Shown here piece by piece: positions 1 to 11,736 of a stretch of 64,000 nt of DNA; position 1 is the stretch's first letter, and the number at the start of each line of letters is the position of its first letter. The notes below the pieces were generated by a model, which was not told where the DNA came from, did not search any database, and was given only the letters and a program-made list of their open reading frames with translations. Position numbers and translations under genes: made by a program. This DNA is from an uncultured Planctomycetia bacterium (GTDB lineage: Bacteria > Omnitrophota > Gorgyraeia > Duberdicusellales > 4484-171): positions 442,480 to 506,479 of the forward strand of contig CAZAYU010000001.1 in the NCBI GenBank assembly GCA_964489445.1, in the 5' to 3' direction.

Positions 1-111
1 TTTTTTTATTATTATCCGGCAAACAAAGGATTAACAGAGCTAAGCTGATTCCGGCTCCAATTAACGCCCATAAAAGTATTATCATACTATCACGTCAGAG
101 TTTACTAGATA

Positions 112-810
112 TTAATAGACATGAACACTATTTTTACTTCGTTCCTTTACTAAATAATGCTTAATTAACGGGCTTAAAAATGTATAGGCAAGAAAAAATA
201 ACCAAATAGTTATAATCGGAATAATAAAGCATAGCAATAAAATTAATATAAACCCGGGTAAATAGCGAACCGTCAATATTTTATCTTGTTTGAAAGAAGG
301 ATATTTAATGTTTGAAACCATTAAAAAAGCTAAGATTAAAGGGAAGAATAAGACAACACTTGTTATTAAATTAGAATTGTTTTTTTGAAAAACTAAAATA
401 GTTAGGGCTATCATGCTTCCGGCAGCTGTAATCGGTAGCCCTTTAAAAAAATCATTTGGTTTTTCTGCCGCTGATGCATTAAATCTGGCAAGCCGCCAAA
501 CTCCACAGAAAAGATATATCAGCATAAACGCTAAAGCAAGATTGCGCGCTGACTGATAATTAAGCATATACATAAGAACAAGCGGGGCAACGCCAAAAGA
601 AATTACATCCGATAAGGAATCTAAATTTTTGCCTAGGCTTGAACTTATTTTAAACTTTCGGGCAATTTTTCCGTCAAAAATATCTAGGCTTGCCGCAATT
701 ATAATTGCCCAAGCAGCAAAAACATATTGCCCGCTTATCGCAGAAGTAATTGCCATGACTCCACAAAAAAGATTGCTTAAAGTTACAATATTGCACAACA
801 CAATCATCAA
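112..810 (-). CDS. pssA: CDP-diacylglycerol--serine O-phosphatidyltransferase
   Basis: CDP-alcohol phosphotransferase motif DIFDGKIAR...GKNLDSLSDVISFGVAP, RLARFN and FxGLP motifs; multi-TM. Confidence 0.9.
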   Translation of the reverse strand: MMIVLCNIVTLSNLFCGVMAITSAISGQYVFAAWAIIIAASLDIFDGKIARKFKISSSLGKNLDSLSDVISFGVAPLVLMYMLNYQSARNLALAFMLIYLFCGVWRLARFNASAAEKPNDFFKGLPITAAGSMIALTILVFQKNNSNLITSVVLFFPLILAFLMVSNIKYPSFKQDKILTVRYLPGFILILLLCFIIPIITIWLFFLAYTFLSPLIKHYLVKERSKNSVHVY

Positions 811-831
811 AACTACCTTTTAAAGCTAGAC

Positions 832-951
832 CTACTTAAGTAATTGAGACATGCCGTAAGCTGCTCCTGCTGACAAAGCAGCAGCTAGAAGCCCACAACC
901 CTGTATAAATAAAATTGAAGACATTAATAAAATAATTAGCATTCTCTTCAA
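832..951 (-). CDS. small putative lipoprotein (39 aa, not in ORF track)
   Basis: GGAGG at 956-960, TTG start, MKRMLIILLMSSILFIQGCGLLAAALSAGAAYGMSQLLK*; basic N-region, hydrophobic core, lipobox-like IQG|C. Confidence 0.7.
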   Translation of the reverse strand: MKRMLIILLMSSILFIQGCGLLAAALSAGAAYGMSQLLK

Positions 952-1174
952 AATTCCTCCTTTTATAAAAAACTGTCTTATTATACCATTCAACTTAAGC
1001 GGAAGCAAAAAATATAAATTCTTTTCTTTCTCAGTGCCATTGGCTAAGATTATCTTCTATAGCTAATTTCGAACTGTAAATATAACCCTTCTGCACCTAT
1101 CCCCAAATTAAACGATACTATAGTTAGCTTGCTTGACAACTAAACAGAAATTCATACTGAAGTTTCAGCCTAGC

Positions 1175-2554
1175 TTAAAAAGGTATAGGCAAGAAATAAG
1201 CATGGACTTTAACAGCTAGCGTTCCTATTCTTATAGACCATAGAATCGAAATAATTACGAACAAGTTTAAACATATAAGCCCGGTTCTTTTCAAAAATAA
1301 AGGAAGCATTAGCAATCTCCCTTTAAGCTTGGACAAAAAATTCGCACTTAACAAGCATAAGGCCGGATAAGCTGGGAGGATATACCTATTGTCGGGACCT
1401 GTCATTCTATCCAATGAAGTAAAAACTGTTACGAGCACAAAAAAAGATAAAAACCAAATTATTAGCAAAAAATTATTTAACGACTTTTCTTTCATAAAAG
1501 AAAAAACTATATAAAAATAACCGAATATTAGCATGGGATTTTGATAGGGTATATCTATTAAATATGTATACCATGGTCTATTATTTATCCATTTAAAAAA
1601 CGAGTGAACATCCTCTATGCCTAACGCTGAAGGGTTGTAGAAAAATGTACCATAGTGTTTAAAAACTTGGAAATACCATGAAAATACAATTATTACTATA
1701 ATACTAAAAAACAATACCAGTTTTTTTAAATTTAAAAAATCATATTTTCGATAATCAGACAAATGGACCATTCCACAGCGTAACATAATATACACAAGCA
1801 CAATATTAAATAAAACTATCAATGCATTATTTTTAGTAAGTAGACCTAAAGCACAAGTTACTGCTGAAAGATAAAAAAACAATGATGTTTTTTTTCTCAA
1901 GAATAAGTAAAAAAACCATAATGTTAATGTAGTCAGCAACCCAAGCAATGTATCCGCCCAAATTCTATGCGAAGCCAATATATCAATGGGACTAACTAGC
2001 ATAAATAAAGCAGCATAAAAAGCTACTGATTCAGAAAATAGATAGTTCCCTAAAAAATATACAGCAAGTACGGTCAAGATACTTAATAAAAATGGTACAA
2101 CAACTGCATAAAGCTGTTTCTTAACAACTTCAAAAGAAGAAACATGCTTATCTCCTCGATCTCGTAGGCTTAAAACATAATCCTTTTCTGCACAACACAA
2201 CAGATGAGAAAGGCTTAGTAATTGCGGAAATAATGGTGGTGAAAAATAAAAAATCTGATCATCTAGTTTAAATCCATCACGATTTCTTTCCTTTAAGAGT
2301 CTTCCCTTCTTATCTTTTGATAAACTTAGAAAGAGAAATCCATTATTTTTGTAATATTCTATACCCTGTAAATTATATTCTTTTAATCCCTTATTATTTT
2401 CAATTTTTAAGGCCAAACCAAGATAGCTTTTTTCATCTCCAGATGCATTAAAAGTAACTTTACCTTCCCAAAAAGTAGTTACACGAAGAGCTAATGTCAG
2501 AAACAAAATAAAAAGTAAACAAAATATCTTTTTCATGCTTTTTATTGCACCCAC
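1175..2554 (-). CDS. GT-C membrane glycosyltransferase (PMT/ArnT-like, GT39/GT83)
   Basis: First-loop DE motif (SGDEKSY), PPLF, many TM helices, LLTK, RYILPAYP. Confidence 0.75.
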   Translation of the reverse strand: MGAIKSMKKIFCLLFILFLTLALRVTTFWEGKVTFNASGDEKSYLGLALKIENNKGLKEYNLQGIEYYKNNGFLFLSLSKDKKGRLLKERNRDGFKLDDQIFYFSPPLFPQLLSLSHLLCCAEKDYVLSLRDRGDKHVSSFEVVKKQLYAVVVPFLLSILTVLAVYFLGNYLFSESVAFYAALFMLVSPIDILASHRIWADTLLGLLTTLTLWFFYLFLRKKTSLFFYLSAVTCALGLLTKNNALIVLFNIVLVYIMLRCGMVHLSDYRKYDFLNLKKLVLFFSIIVIIVFSWYFQVFKHYGTFFYNPSALGIEDVHSFFKWINNRPWYTYLIDIPYQNPMLIFGYFYIVFSFMKEKSLNNFLLIIWFLSFFVLVTVFTSLDRMTGPDNRYILPAYPALCLLSANFLSKLKGRLLMLPLFLKRTGLICLNLFVIISILWSIRIGTLAVKVHAYFLPIPF

Positions 2555-2785
2555 AATAATAAACTACCCCTCTTGAAGAGTTACTTTACAAATTTAATCT
2601 TTTTTTATTTTTATAAATATAACATCTTGCTCTAAACAAATAACACTCTCAGCTGATACTTTCTTCAATAAAAATATTATATACTGATTTCAAAAATAGC
2701 CAATATTTAGTAAATCGTTTTATCTGCACCGAATAAACACACTGAAATAACTAGCATTCATACTATGCACGAATTAATTAAAAAT

Positions 2786-2821
2786 AAAAAAACCCTACAA
2801 TCGTTTAAAATCGTAGGGTTT
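2786..2821 (-). terminator. Rho-independent terminator downstream of tRNA
   Basis: Minus strand AACCCTACGAT-loop-ATTGTAGGGTT hairpin followed by a T run. Confidence 0.7.
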
Positions 2822-2835
2822 CCAGGTTATTCTTA

Positions 2836-2909
2836 TTGCGGGGAGAAGATTTGAACTTCTGACCTCAAGGTTATGAGCCTTGCGAGCTACCTGGCTGCTC
2901 CACCCCGCG
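2836..2909 (-). tRNA. tRNA-fMet (initiator, anticodon CAT), CCA not encoded
   Basis: CGCGGGGTGGAGCAGCCAGGTAGCTCGCAAGGCTCATAACCTTGAGGTCAGAAGTTCAAATCTTCTCCCCGCAA; cloverleaf, C1:A72 mismatch, TTCAAAT T-loop. Confidence 0.95.
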
Positions 2910-2979
2910 ATACAATATTAAGTACACTAATAAGTTATTATATTTTCGACTTTAATTTGAATTGTATTCTAACAACTTA

Positions 2980-4558
<1,579 letters not shown>

Positions 4559-4602
4559 TTAATTTTTTTCTTTGCCTTTTATTATTTAAATTACAGTATT
4601 AA

Positions 4603-5151
4603 TCACTTTTTATTTTTTTTACAACTTTCACATTCTGCCTTTTTTCTATACAGCCCGATAATTTTTGCTTCAGCAATTATATGACCTTGCATTGCCTCCA
4701 CAACTTCCTTTTTATTCGCTCCTTGACTTAGAGAAAGGATCTCTCCTATAGCGTAAAGCTTAAAAGAATATCTATGTACTCCTCCCTGTTTAGGGCAAGG
4801 TCCGCGGTAACATTCTTTACCAAAATCATTAATACCTTTTATAACCCCTAAAGACTCAAGTTCTGTACCGCTGATCGCCTCTTTGATTCCGGAAATATTA
4901 ACCGGAATATTAAATAACAGCCAATGAGTCCAAATATTATACGGAGCATCAGAATCATCGCAAATAAGGACAAGACTTTTTGCATTAGAAGGAATACTAT
5001 CCCAATGTAGCGGTGGCGAGAAATCTTGTGCATCACATGTATAACGGTCAGGAATATAGCCTTTGCTTTCAAATACCTCACTCTTAATATCAAAAGCAAA
5101 ACTATTACCCACTAAAAACAATCCCGCCAAAACAAAAAACAATATCTTCAT
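4603..5151 (-). CDS. YbhB/YbcL (PEBP/Raf kinase inhibitor-like) protein, secreted
   Basis: Signal peptide, SPPLxW, DxDAP, WTHW, YxGPCP, HRYxF motifs. Confidence 0.88.
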   Translation of the reverse strand: MKILFFVLAGLFLVGNSFAFDIKSEVFESKGYIPDRYTCDAQDFSPPLHWDSIPSNAKSLVLICDDSDAPYNIWTHWLLFNIPVNISGIKEAISGTELESLGVIKGINDFGKECYRGPCPKQGGVHRYSFKLYAIGEILSLSQGANKKEVVEAMQGHIIAEAKIIGLYRKKAECESCKKNKK

Positions 5152-5203
5152 TTTTTCTCCTGTTTTGTGAAATTACCTATTTGCTTTTTCCTTATTAACA
5201 AGA

Positions 5204-6364
5204 TTAATAAAGCCCGCTTTTAAAAACTTTTTGCAATATTTTTTTATCTACGGTCAAAGCAAATCTTATAAACCCCTCACCATATTTTCCAAAACCTACA
5301 CCCGGAGTAGCCACAATATTTTTTTTAGTAAGCAAATGCTCTGTAAGTTTTAAAGAAGACCCAAAGCAAGAAGGAATTCTAGCCCAAACATAAAATGTAG
5401 AGCTGGCATAGATATCTTTAAAACCATTTTCTTTCAAATTTCTCACAAAGAAATCTCTTCTTTCCTTAAATATTTTTCTTAACTCGCAAACATACTGCTG
5501 TTCGTTCTCTAAAGCAGCCACCCCTGCTTCTTGCACTGCTTGGAAAACACCTGAATCAATATTTCCTTTTACTTTTAAAAGTGTTTTTATTAAGTTCTTG
5601 TTTCCTGCTGCCCAACCAACCCTAAAACCAGTCATGCAAAATGTTTTAGAAAGTGAATGAAACTCAATTGCCACTTCTTTAGCTCCATTTACTTCAAGTA
5701 TGCTATGAGGCTTATCTTTAAAGTATATTTCTGAATAAGCATTATCATAGGCAATAATGATACCGTATTTTACACAAAATTTAACTACATCTTCCATAAA
5801 CCGCAAGGAAGCTAGTGAGGTGGTCGGATTGTTAGGGTAATTTAAATAAATTATTTTTGCTTTGTTGCGCACTGAAACAGGAATTTTGTTTAATTCCGGT
5901 AAAAACAAATTCGTTTCTAAAAGAGGCATCTCATAAATTTTTGCTCCGGAAAAAATAGCCGCACCGCGATACCCTGGATATCCAGGAGAAGGAATAATGA
6001 CATAATCACCGGGGTTAACAAATCCTAAAGGAAAGTGCACTAGCCCCTCTTTCGAGCCGATCAACGGCAAAATTTCTTCGTTCTCATTTAAAATGACCTT
6101 AAATCTCTTTTGGGACCATTTTTTTATTGATTTTCGAAATCCTAAGTGTCCTTGGTCTAAAGCATACTTCTGATTTTCTTTCTTTTTCGCTGCAGAAAAT
6201 AAAACTTTGCATACATTTGAAGGAGTAAGAATATCCGGATCCCCAATACTTAAATCAATGAATTTAACACCTTTGCTTTTAAGCTTTGACTTTGTTTTAT
6301 CAATTTCTGCAAATAAATAAGGTGGCAATTTTTTTAAACGCTCTGATATTTCAAAATTACTCAT
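5204..6364 (-). CDS. dapL: LL-diaminopimelate aminotransferase
   Basis: Class I PLP aminotransferase (LPPYLF, GSKEG, YPNNPT, DNAY, SLSKTFCMTGFRVG) in the dap operon; probable ATG at 6364. Confidence 0.85.
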   Translation of the reverse strand: MSNFEISERLKKLPPYLFAEIDKTKSKLKSKGVKFIDLSIGDPDILTPSNVCKVLFSAAKKKENQKYALDQGHLGFRKSIKKWSQKRFKVILNENEEILPLIGSKEGLVHFPLGFVNPGDYVIIPSPGYPGYRGAAIFSGAKIYEMPLLETNLFLPELNKIPVSVRNKAKIIYLNYPNNPTTSLASLRFMEDVVKFCVKYGIIIAYDNAYSEIYFKDKPHSILEVNGAKEVAIEFHSLSKTFCMTGFRVGWAAGNKNLIKTLLKVKGNIDSGVFQAVQEAGVAALENEQQYVCELRKIFKERRDFFVRNLKENGFKDIYASSTFYVWARIPSCFGSSLKLTEHLLTKKNIVATPGVGFGKYGEGFIRFALTVDKKILQKVFKSGLY

Positions 6365-7097
6365 GTTTATCCTTTTTTTTATTTTCAAATAAAATATCGT
6401 CCATTGAAAATAATCCCGATTTTTTACTCACCACCCACCTAGCACCTAATAAAGCACCTTGGGCAAAAATATCTCTGGTTTTCGCACTGTGGCTTAATTC
6501 AATTCTATCCACCGCACTTTCTAATATAACTTTGTGATCTCCGACAATCTCATCTTCTCTAACCGCAGTTATTTCTTCTTGTTTAATATTATATCCCTCT
6601 TGATTCAAAATCTCAGCAATCATTTTAGCCGTACCCGAAGGAGAATCTTTTTTATGAATATGATGGGCTTCCCAGACATCTGCCTTGTACCCTTTTAAAA
6701 CACCAGCCGCTTGGCTAATCAGCCTAAACAACAGGTTAACCCCAATGCTCATATTCGGCGAAAAAACTATCGGTATTTTGTTCGCGGCTTCTTTAAGGCT
6801 TAACTTCTCACTTTCCTCTAATCCCGTCATACCCACAACAAAAGGTTTTTGGTAACCAAGCACAATGGAAAGATGATCCTTCAAAGCAAAAGAAGAACTA
6901 AAATCGATGATGCAATCACATTCGTTAATTTTTCGATAATCATCAGTTATTTTAACTTTTTCGATTAACCGGCCGATATCTGGATGCGCTTTACACTCAA
7001 AACCAAAAACTACTTCCAAAGCACCATCTTTCTCCGCCAGATTAATTATTCTCTGGCCCATCCTTCCTCTTGCCCCGATTACACCGATTCTAATCAT
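6357..7097 (-). CDS. dapB: 4-hydroxy-tetrahydrodipicolinate reductase
   Basis: GARGRMG, IDFS, EAHHIHKKDSPSGTA, FAQGAL. Confidence 0.96.
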   Translation of the reverse strand: MIRIGVIGARGRMGQRIINLAEKDGALEVVFGFECKAHPDIGRLIEKVKITDDYRKINECDCIIDFSSSFALKDHLSIVLGYQKPFVVGMTGLEESEKLSLKEAANKIPIVFSPNMSIGVNLLFRLISQAAGVLKGYKADVWEAHHIHKKDSPSGTAKMIAEILNQEGYNIKQEEITAVREDEIVGDHKVILESAVDRIELSHSAKTRDIFAQGALLGARWVVSKKSGLFSMDDILFENKKKDKHE

Positions 7098-7114
7098 TAT
7101 CTTTCTTTAATACT

Positions 7115-8008
7115 TTAAGAAATTAATTTATACTTTTTTAAAACTTCTTTTAACTTCAAATAATTCTCTTTGCTTAACTCACAAAGAGGTAATCTTAAAT
7201 TAAATTTAATTAGACCCATAAGATTTAGCGCGGTTTTTACCGGTATCGGATTAGTTTCTACAAATAAAATCTTAATTATATCATAAAGGTATAATTGCAA
7301 TTTCTTCGCTTCTTGAAAATTTCCATCTAAAAAGCTTGTAACTAAATCATGACTTTCTTTGGGGGTAATATTTGCAACTACCGAAATTGCCCCTGCGCCC
7401 CCCACAGACATTATCGGAAGATTAATTTCATCGGCTCCGGAAAATAGCAAAAACTGATCATCAACTAAAGTCATAATCTTGGTCACCTGATCTAACGACC
7501 CACTAGCCTCTTTAATTCCCACAATATTTTGACAATCTTTATACAGTCTTGCAGTTGTTTCGGGAAGAATATTACTACCGGTTCGCGAAGGAACATTATA
7601 AATAATCACGGGAATATCCACACTGTCGGCTATTTTCTTAAAGTGCCGGTATAGTCCTTCTTGGGTAGGCTTATTATAGTATGGGGTAATAACCAAAGCA
7701 TAATCAGCACCTACTTTCTTAGCATGCTCAACCAAGTCTAATGCTTCTTTGGTTGAATTAGAGCCACATCCAGCAATAACCGGAATTCTTTTATTAACCT
7801 CTTCTACGGCAAGTTCTATAAGCTTCTTGTGTTCCTGGTGGGTTAGTGTAGCGCTTTCCCCCGTTGTTCCGCAAGTTAGAATTCCATCGGTACAATTATC
7901 AATGTGCCAATTAATCAAGGAACGAAATTCTTTCTCATCAATTAAATTATTATCATCGAAAGGTGTAACTAAAGCAACAATACTGCCTTTAAGCATAATT
8001 TCCTCCAT
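7115..8008 (-). CDS. dapA: 4-hydroxy-tetrahydrodipicolinate synthase
   Basis: GTTGE, PYYNKP, YNVPSRTG, GIKEASG, NPIPVK. Confidence 0.97.
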   Translation of the reverse strand: MEEIMLKGSIVALVTPFDDNNLIDEKEFRSLINWHIDNCTDGILTCGTTGESATLTHQEHKKLIELAVEEVNKRIPVIAGCGSNSTKEALDLVEHAKKVGADYALVITPYYNKPTQEGLYRHFKKIADSVDIPVIIYNVPSRTGSNILPETTARLYKDCQNIVGIKEASGSLDQVTKIMTLVDDQFLLFSGADEINLPIMSVGGAGAISVVANITPKESHDLVTSFLDGNFQEAKKLQLYLYDIIKILFVETNPIPVKTALNLMGLIKFNLRLPLCELSKENYLKLKEVLKKYKLIS

Positions 8009-8052
8009 TTTTGATAAATATTAATCACCCATTAAAAAGTCAAATATTTATT

Positions 8053-8952
8053 TTACACAGAATATGTTAAATCTCCTTCACAGACTAGATAAGCTTTCCC
8101 TTCTAACCAGATATCATCTATCTTATTATTTTGCCGATTTAAATACACTTTTAAAGTTTCTCCGCTTTTTACCTTAACTTTGATTGCTTCTTTACCAGAA
8201 AAAGTCAATGGCCTTAGCTTACAACTTGAAATCACCGCCCCCGCCACTGAACCAGTACCACAGGCTAACGTTTCCGCCTCAACGCCCCTCTCATAGGTTC
8301 TGATTTTAATTACATTGCTTTTTCCAATCTCGACAAAATCAACATTTGTTCCTGCAGGTTTAAATTTCCCGTTTAGTCTTATCGCTTTCCCAATGTTATT
8401 GACATCGATAATATCTAGGTTCTCTACAAACACTACCACATGCGGAACGCCAGTATTTACAAAATCAACACGAATGTTTTTCCCAAAAATCTTCAGCGGG
8501 ATTCTAAGCTTCAGGTTAAACGGATCAGTCATATTGATCCGAACCTCTGCAAAATTTCCTTGTGCGTTGATTGCTGTCTTCGTTAAGCTTATTCGAGACG
8601 TAATTAGCCCTGCTTTAGTTTCAAAGCTCATGCTGTTAATTTTTGCTTTTTTGCTATTTAGCTTAGCCCAAAGCCCCGCACACCTTGCCCCGTTGCCACA
8701 CATTTCTGCCTCTGAGCCATCAGGATTAAATATTCTCATCTTAAACAATGCCTGTTTTGAAGGTTCAATAACCAACAAGCCATCAGCGCCAATGCTAATC
8801 TTTCGTTGACAATATTTCCTGGCTATGCTCTTATACGCTGCTGTTTGCGCTGACTGCTTACCAGAAAACAAGCGAGCTGCAAGGTCTGATCTTTTGATTA
8901 AAATAAAATCATTGCCGGAAGCTTGTAATTTACAGAAATGTATTTTCTTCAT
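8053..8952 (-). CDS. dapF: diaminopimelate epimerase
   Basis: GNDF, EMCGNG, GVPH, ERGVEAETLACGTG. Confidence 0.96.
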   Translation of the reverse strand: MKKIHFCKLQASGNDFILIKRSDLAARLFSGKQSAQTAAYKSIARKYCQRKISIGADGLLVIEPSKQALFKMRIFNPDGSEAEMCGNGARCAGLWAKLNSKKAKINSMSFETKAGLITSRISLTKTAINAQGNFAEVRINMTDPFNLKLRIPLKIFGKNIRVDFVNTGVPHVVVFVENLDIIDVNNIGKAIRLNGKFKPAGTNVDFVEIGKSNVIKIRTYERGVEAETLACGTGSVAGAVISSCKLRPLTFSGKEAIKVKVKSGETLKVYLNRQNNKIDDIWLEGKAYLVCEGDLTYSV

Positions 8953-8981
8953 ATTTTATACCTTTCGCTAGCTATTTGTTG

Positions 8982-10244
8982 TTATACAATTACTTCATTT
9001 TTAATTAAGTCGTTTAACGTTTCCCTCTTGCGTACTAAAAAAGCTTTATTCTTTTTAACTAACACCTCTGCTGAACGCACTCTTGAATTATAATTAGAGC
9101 TCATTGCAAACCCATACGCACCTGCTCCTAGTACTGCTATGTAATCACCTTCTCCTACATCTAATTTTCTATTTTTTCCTAAAAAATCTCCGCTTTCGCA
9201 AACCGGGCCCACCACATCAGCTTCCTTCTGCGCTATTTGCTTGGCAGATTTACAATTTGGTAGCTTTTTTAAAGAAATTATCTTATGATAAGCCCCATAT
9301 AAGGAAGGCCTAGCTAAATCATTCATTGCTGCGTCAACAATAATAAACTTTTTTTGAGCCTGTTCTTTTAAATAAATAACCTTTGTTACTAAAATTCCGG
9401 CATTCCCCACAATAAATCTGCCAGGCTCTAAAATAATCTTTAGACAATGCTGTTTAAGCAACGGCAACACTTTATGTGCAAACTCTTCAGGAGTCTGCGG
9501 TTTTTCTTTATCGTACATAATCCCCAGTCCTCCGCCGATATTTAAATATTTAAGTGTAATTTTCTTTTTCTTTAACTCAGAAATAAAATTATTAGCTATT
9601 TTAATTGCTTTAATAAATGGTGCACTCTCAGTTATTTGTGAGCCAATATGTATATGCAATCCTGATAAGTTTAGATTAGGATAATTATTACGATTTAGAA
9701 AAATATCTCTAGCTGTATCTCGATCAATGCCAAATTTATTTTCTTTTTTCCCGGTTGTAATATATGCATGAGTTTTCGGGCTGACATCCGGATTAAACCT
9801 TAGCGCTACATCTACTTTTCTGGCTAATTTTCCAGCAATCAGGTTTATCCTATTAAGCTCCGCCGGAGACTCAACATTAAACATCAATATTCCGTTGCAT
9901 ATTGCCTCTTCTATCTCTTTGCTAGTCTTTCCCACTGAAGCATAAACTACTTTTTTTAAAGGACATTTAATTTTTTTCGCTCGGTACAACTCTCCACCAG
10001 AAACAATATCCAGCCCCGAACCCTCTTTTACCAGCATTTTTAATATAGAAAGATTGGAATTAGCTTTTACCGAATAACAAATTAGCGGTTTGATAAGATG
10101 AAACGCTTTTTTTAATTTCCTAAAATGTTCTACAATTGTTTTCGCACTATAAATATAGAGGGGAGTTTGATACCTGCGAGCTAGATATTCAACCTTAACC
10201 TCTTCACAATAGAAATCCCCTTTCTTAAACTGAAAGTAATCCAT
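8982..10244 (-). CDS. lysA: diaminopimelate decarboxylase
   Basis: YSVKAN, HIGSQ, EPGR, GPVCESGD, GAYG..MSSNYN. Confidence 0.97.
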   Translation of the reverse strand: MDYFQFKKGDFYCEEVKVEYLARRYQTPLYIYSAKTIVEHFRKLKKAFHLIKPLICYSVKANSNLSILKMLVKEGSGLDIVSGGELYRAKKIKCPLKKVVYASVGKTSKEIEEAICNGILMFNVESPAELNRINLIAGKLARKVDVALRFNPDVSPKTHAYITTGKKENKFGIDRDTARDIFLNRNNYPNLNLSGLHIHIGSQITESAPFIKAIKIANNFISELKKKKITLKYLNIGGGLGIMYDKEKPQTPEEFAHKVLPLLKQHCLKIILEPGRFIVGNAGILVTKVIYLKEQAQKKFIIVDAAMNDLARPSLYGAYHKIISLKKLPNCKSAKQIAQKEADVVGPVCESGDFLGKNRKLDVGEGDYIAVLGAGAYGFAMSSNYNSRVRSAEVLVKKNKAFLVRKRETLNDLIKNEVIV

Positions 10245-10251
10245 ATCTGAT

Positions 10252-11667
10252 TTATTTATTTAGCACAGAATTAATTGAAAGGTCGGTTTTATCTTGGAAT
10301 AAATCTTTCCTGCTACCAGGTAAAGATGTCTTCGAGGATACCGCATATTCAGGATTCATAATTTTTAGTATCATTTTCTGGTTTAATTTGCTATGAAAAC
10401 TTTTTAAAGATTTTTCCGGCATTTCCTTTATCTTTATTTGGCTATCTTCCGAAAATCTAACCAAACGCCCAATAGCATTATGCGCTTCTTTAAATGCAAC
10501 GCCTTGATGCACTAAAAATTCCACTAACTCTGTAGCATATAGCTCTTCATCCTCTAAAACAGCATGGATTTTCTTTTTATTAAGTTTCATACCCTTAATA
10601 AATTGGGCCATAATCTTTAATTCTTCTTTTATAGTCTCCGCAGAAGAAAATAACGGTTCTTTATCTAATTGCATATCACGATTGTAAGTAAGCGGTAGCC
10701 CTTTCATGGTAGTCAACACTGACATTAAATTTCCGTATACTTTTCCGGTATTTCCCCTCACCAGCTCTAAAAAGTCGGGATTTTTTTTATGGGGCATCAG
10801 CGATGACCCCGTACAAAACTGCTCAGGTAAATCAAAAAATCCAAATTCCTTGGTAGAATAAAGAATAAAATCCTCAGCCATTCTCGATAAATGCATTTGA
10901 GCAATCGAAAGCATACTTAAAAACTCAATAACAAAATCCCGAGAAGACACATTATCTAAAGAATTCCTGACTGTTTCTGACTTAGAATGTTTAAACTGAA
11001 ATTTAGTAGTTCCTAAAAACTTCTTTATTGCCTCGCTATACGCTGATTTTGGTATCGCACTCCCAGCTAACGCTCCTGAGCCAACATAAATAAATGATTT
11101 TTTTAAAAAACTATCGATACGCTCAAAATCCCTCTCTAACATACAAAAAAATGCTCCGGTATAACTCGAAAAAGAAACTACTTGTGCTCTTTGTGTGTGT
11201 GTATATCCAGGAAGAAAAACATCATGATACCTGGCTCCAAAATGATTTAATTCTGCTAAAATTATATTGAGTAACCCCAATATGTATATTCCTTCTTTAT
11301 AGCAATACCATTTCTCATCAAAAGCAACCTGATCATTCCTAGAACGTAAAGTATGTAGTTTAAGAGATAACTTTCCTACTTTTTTCTCTACTCTATTTTG
11401 AATTTCAGTGTGAATATCTTCAGAGTTAGGATTAAATTTAAATTTTTCGCTTTGCACCTCCTTAAAAATATCATTCAAGGCACCAATTAATTTACGCGCA
11501 TCTAAAGCGTTTATAATCTTAGCCTCCTTTAAGGCGATTACATGAATAATCGAATGATAAATATCGTATTCTGCTAATTTATAATCATAATGTATAGATT
11601 TTTGAAAGTGAAAAAAATCATTGTCTATTTTTTCTTTGAATCTTCCGCCCCAAAGTTTCTTAGCCAT
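10252..11667 (-). CDS. argH: argininosuccinate lyase
   Basis: LWGGRF, RSRNDQ, GSSLMPHKKNPD, YNRDMQ. Confidence 0.96.
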   Translation of the reverse strand: MAKKLWGGRFKEKIDNDFFHFQKSIHYDYKLAEYDIYHSIIHVIALKEAKIINALDARKLIGALNDIFKEVQSEKFKFNPNSEDIHTEIQNRVEKKVGKLSLKLHTLRSRNDQVAFDEKWYCYKEGIYILGLLNIILAELNHFGARYHDVFLPGYTHTQRAQVVSFSSYTGAFFCMLERDFERIDSFLKKSFIYVGSGALAGSAIPKSAYSEAIKKFLGTTKFQFKHSKSETVRNSLDNVSSRDFVIEFLSMLSIAQMHLSRMAEDFILYSTKEFGFFDLPEQFCTGSSLMPHKKNPDFLELVRGNTGKVYGNLMSVLTTMKGLPLTYNRDMQLDKEPLFSSAETIKEELKIMAQFIKGMKLNKKKIHAVLEDEELYATELVEFLVHQGVAFKEAHNAIGRLVRFSEDSQIKIKEMPEKSLKSFHSKLNQKMILKIMNPEYAVSSKTSLPGSRKDLFQDKTDLSINSVLNK

Positions 11668-11736
11668 TACAACCTCGTTTTTTTGTAAGCCCTTAGCCTC
11701 GTTACCTGTTTAAGGAAAGGACCTTTTTCTAAATCA

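Noticed and set aside
2555-2835. Genomic island integrated at the tRNA 3' end
   Set aside because: No integrase and no duplicated tRNA 3' fragment seen; a normal terminator follows the tRNA.
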